From the NCBI GenBank assembly GCA_964482935.1, contig CAZAAP010000001.1:5569-69568 (forward strand): a stretch of DNA of 64,000 nucleotides, given 5' to 3'. The first letter of the stretch is position 1, and the number at the start of each line of letters is the position of its first letter. This DNA comes from an uncultured Enteractinococcus sp. Lineage in GTDB: Bacteria > Actinomycetota > Actinomycetes > Actinomycetales > Micrococcaceae. The position numbers and the translations under genes were made by a program. Positions 62,534 through 64,000 of this stretch are shown here, one piece after another. Below the pieces are notes generated by a model. That model made no database searches and was not told the origin of the DNA. It saw only the letters and a list, made by a program, of their open reading frames with translations.

Positions 62534-63502
62534 TTATAGCAGATGGGCGCCAGCAACCGGACCGTATTCGGCAACGGCGGCAATCTCCATGCGTTCTTCG
62601 AAGCGCTCGGCCAGTTCTATAGCGTGGGCCATATCTTCAGCAATGAACACTAAGGAGGCCCCGGCTCCGATGGTTTGGGCGGCTAAAGCTCCTTCGTTCA
62701 TACCTGCGGTCAGCCAGTCGTGATGTTCGGGCAGGATGCTCACTAATGCGGATTGGAAATCGTTGTGCATCATCAGCGCGACTTGTTCGGCGTCCCCATG
62801 TGTCAGCGCACGGAGCAGCTTGGGGTCAAGTTCCAACACACTACGATCATGAGCATCGTGTTGAGCTTGCCGAATCATGTGAACTTTTTGAAAGATTTCC
62901 TGGGGTTCAATGTCTGCTGCAGCTGGCACTACAACCATTGCTAGCTCACGCTGGATCAGCAGCGGGGTGAGCAATTGTTCGTCGACATTGCGGGTGGTGA
63001 TAATTGCACCACCGGTCAATGCCTCGGCTACCCCCTCACCAATGCGCGTGGCCAGTCGAATCAGATCTTCTCGAGCGAGGGAAGCATGCCAGAGTCGTGT
63101 GAGTGCTACGAGCACTGCTGCGGTGCTGGCAGCCCGCCCGCCAAGGTGTGTATCAAACGGAATATTTTTCTGGATGGTGATATCTACCCCCGAAAGCTGC
63201 CGAGGGCGTTGCAGATAGGATCGTACTTCATCAATCGCATGGAAGATTTCGGCGATATCGCGTTGCGGAATATCGCTATACTCGATTGAGTTTTCAAAGC
63301 CGTCTTCGAAGCTGATGAGGACTTCTTTATCTTCGCGGTACTCCACGATGGCGACGTCGTAACGTGAGATGGCTACCTTGAGGCTCAGCACTTCCGTTTC
63401 ACCCCAGGCATTCGGTTCACCCACTTGGGTGGTGAGTGCAATCATCGCCGGGGCTTGTGCTGAAATAGCGGACCGAGATGTAGCAGTTTCGTGAGGTGTC
63501 AT
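62534..63502 (-). CDS. ispE: IspE-like GHMP-kinase-fold protein, catalytic residues lost
   Basis: Position between rsmA and ABC-F; [13 protein letters not shown]...L...L..LA, NDFQ scaffold retained. Confidence 0.8.
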   Translation of the reverse strand: MTPHETATSRSAISAQAPAMIALTTQVGEPNAWGETEVLSLKVAISRYDVAIVEYREDKEVLISFEDGFENSIEYSDIPQRDIAEIFHAIDEVRSYLQRPRQLSGVDITIQKNIPFDTHLGGRAASTAAVLVALTRLWHASLAREDLIRLATRIGEGVAEALTGGAIITTRNVDEQLLTPLLIQRELAMVVVPAAADIEPQEIFQKVHMIRQAQHDAHDRSVLELDPKLLRALTHGDAEQVALMMHNDFQSALVSILPEHHDWLTAGMNEGALAAQTIGAGASLVFIAEDMAHAIELAERFEERMEIAAVAEYGPVAGAHLL

Positions 63503-64000
63503 GGGGTGCCCCTCAAGGCTCTCTGTTCGGCAATGCGGGCATAGTCTTCAATACCCAGGACTTCACCGCGGGCTTTCGGATCGACGTGTGCGGCAACGAG
63601 CAGTTCCTCTGCTGCCGCCCCGGACCCAGCCCAAGTGCCGAGCGCTGCGCGCAACGTCTTGCGACGTTGGGCAAAGGCGGTGTCGATGACCTCAAAGACC
63701 TGCTGTCGACTCGCGGTCGTGGCCGGTGGTTTCCGGGCCGTGAAATGCACCAGGCCCGAGGTGATGCGGGGCGCAGGCCAGAAGACTTTGGTCCCGATCG
63801 TGCCAGCGTAGGTCGCCTCGGCGTACCAGGCCATTTTGACTGACGGGACCCCATAAATTTTGCTGCCCGGGCCGGCTGTGAGCCGTTCGGCAACTTCATG
63901 TTGCACCAATACGAGACCGTGCTGAATGCTGGGCAATTCGGATAGCAGATGGAGCATCACCGGCACGGCAACGTTATAGGGCAGATTCGCCACAATCGCG
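63499..64000 (-). CDS. rsmA: 16S rRNA m6,2A dimethyltransferase, 5' part outside window
   Basis: [36 protein letters not shown]. Confidence 0.96.
   Translation of the reverse strand, partial: AIVANLPYNVAVPVMLHLLSELPSIQHGLVLVQHEVAERLTAGPGSKIYGVPSVKMAWYAEATYAGTIGTKVFWPAPRITSGLVHFTARKPPATTASRQQVFEVIDTAFAQRRKTLRAALGTWAGSGAAAEELLVAAHVDPKARGEVLGIEDYARIAEQRALRGTP

Overview
Core-chromosome segment of a moderately high-GC actinobacterium; gene content, order and protein style point to Micrococcaceae (Enteractinococcus/Yaniella-like, inferred). It holds: (i) a long minus-strand run birA - bPH_2 - adenylate cyclase - PP2C - ligA - IMPase - GNAT - gatC - gatA; (ii) acyl-CoA carboxylase genes (beta, epsilon, alpha), gluABCD, DUF885 and maf; (iii) an MFS transporter, acetoacetate-CoA ligase, lpdA, punA-phosphomutase-deoC and two tandem acyltransferase-3 genes; (iv) mfd, pth, rplY, prs, glmU and tRNA-Gln(UUG); (v) about 23 kb of accessory genes (repeat protein, pfpI/tag/ogt, nrtR-nadABC-desulfurase, acs, transporters, nei, MMPL/MarR, two decayed genes); (vi) ABC-F, an ispE-like gene and rsmA. 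I saw no transposase, integrase, prophage or CRISPR array. The strongest signal is two normally essential core enzymes that keep open reading frames at their canonical loci but have lost their catalytic residues. GatA (absent from the ORF track, translated by hand) lacks the Ser-cisSer-Lys glutaminase triad, suggesting an ammonia-fed GatCAB. IspE lacks its catalytic Lys/Asp and ATP loop. Also seen: a structured rplY leader, an NrtR operator, a FasR/MabR-like box and CRP/GlxR-like boxes. Canonical motifs were compared from memory, not by alignment software.
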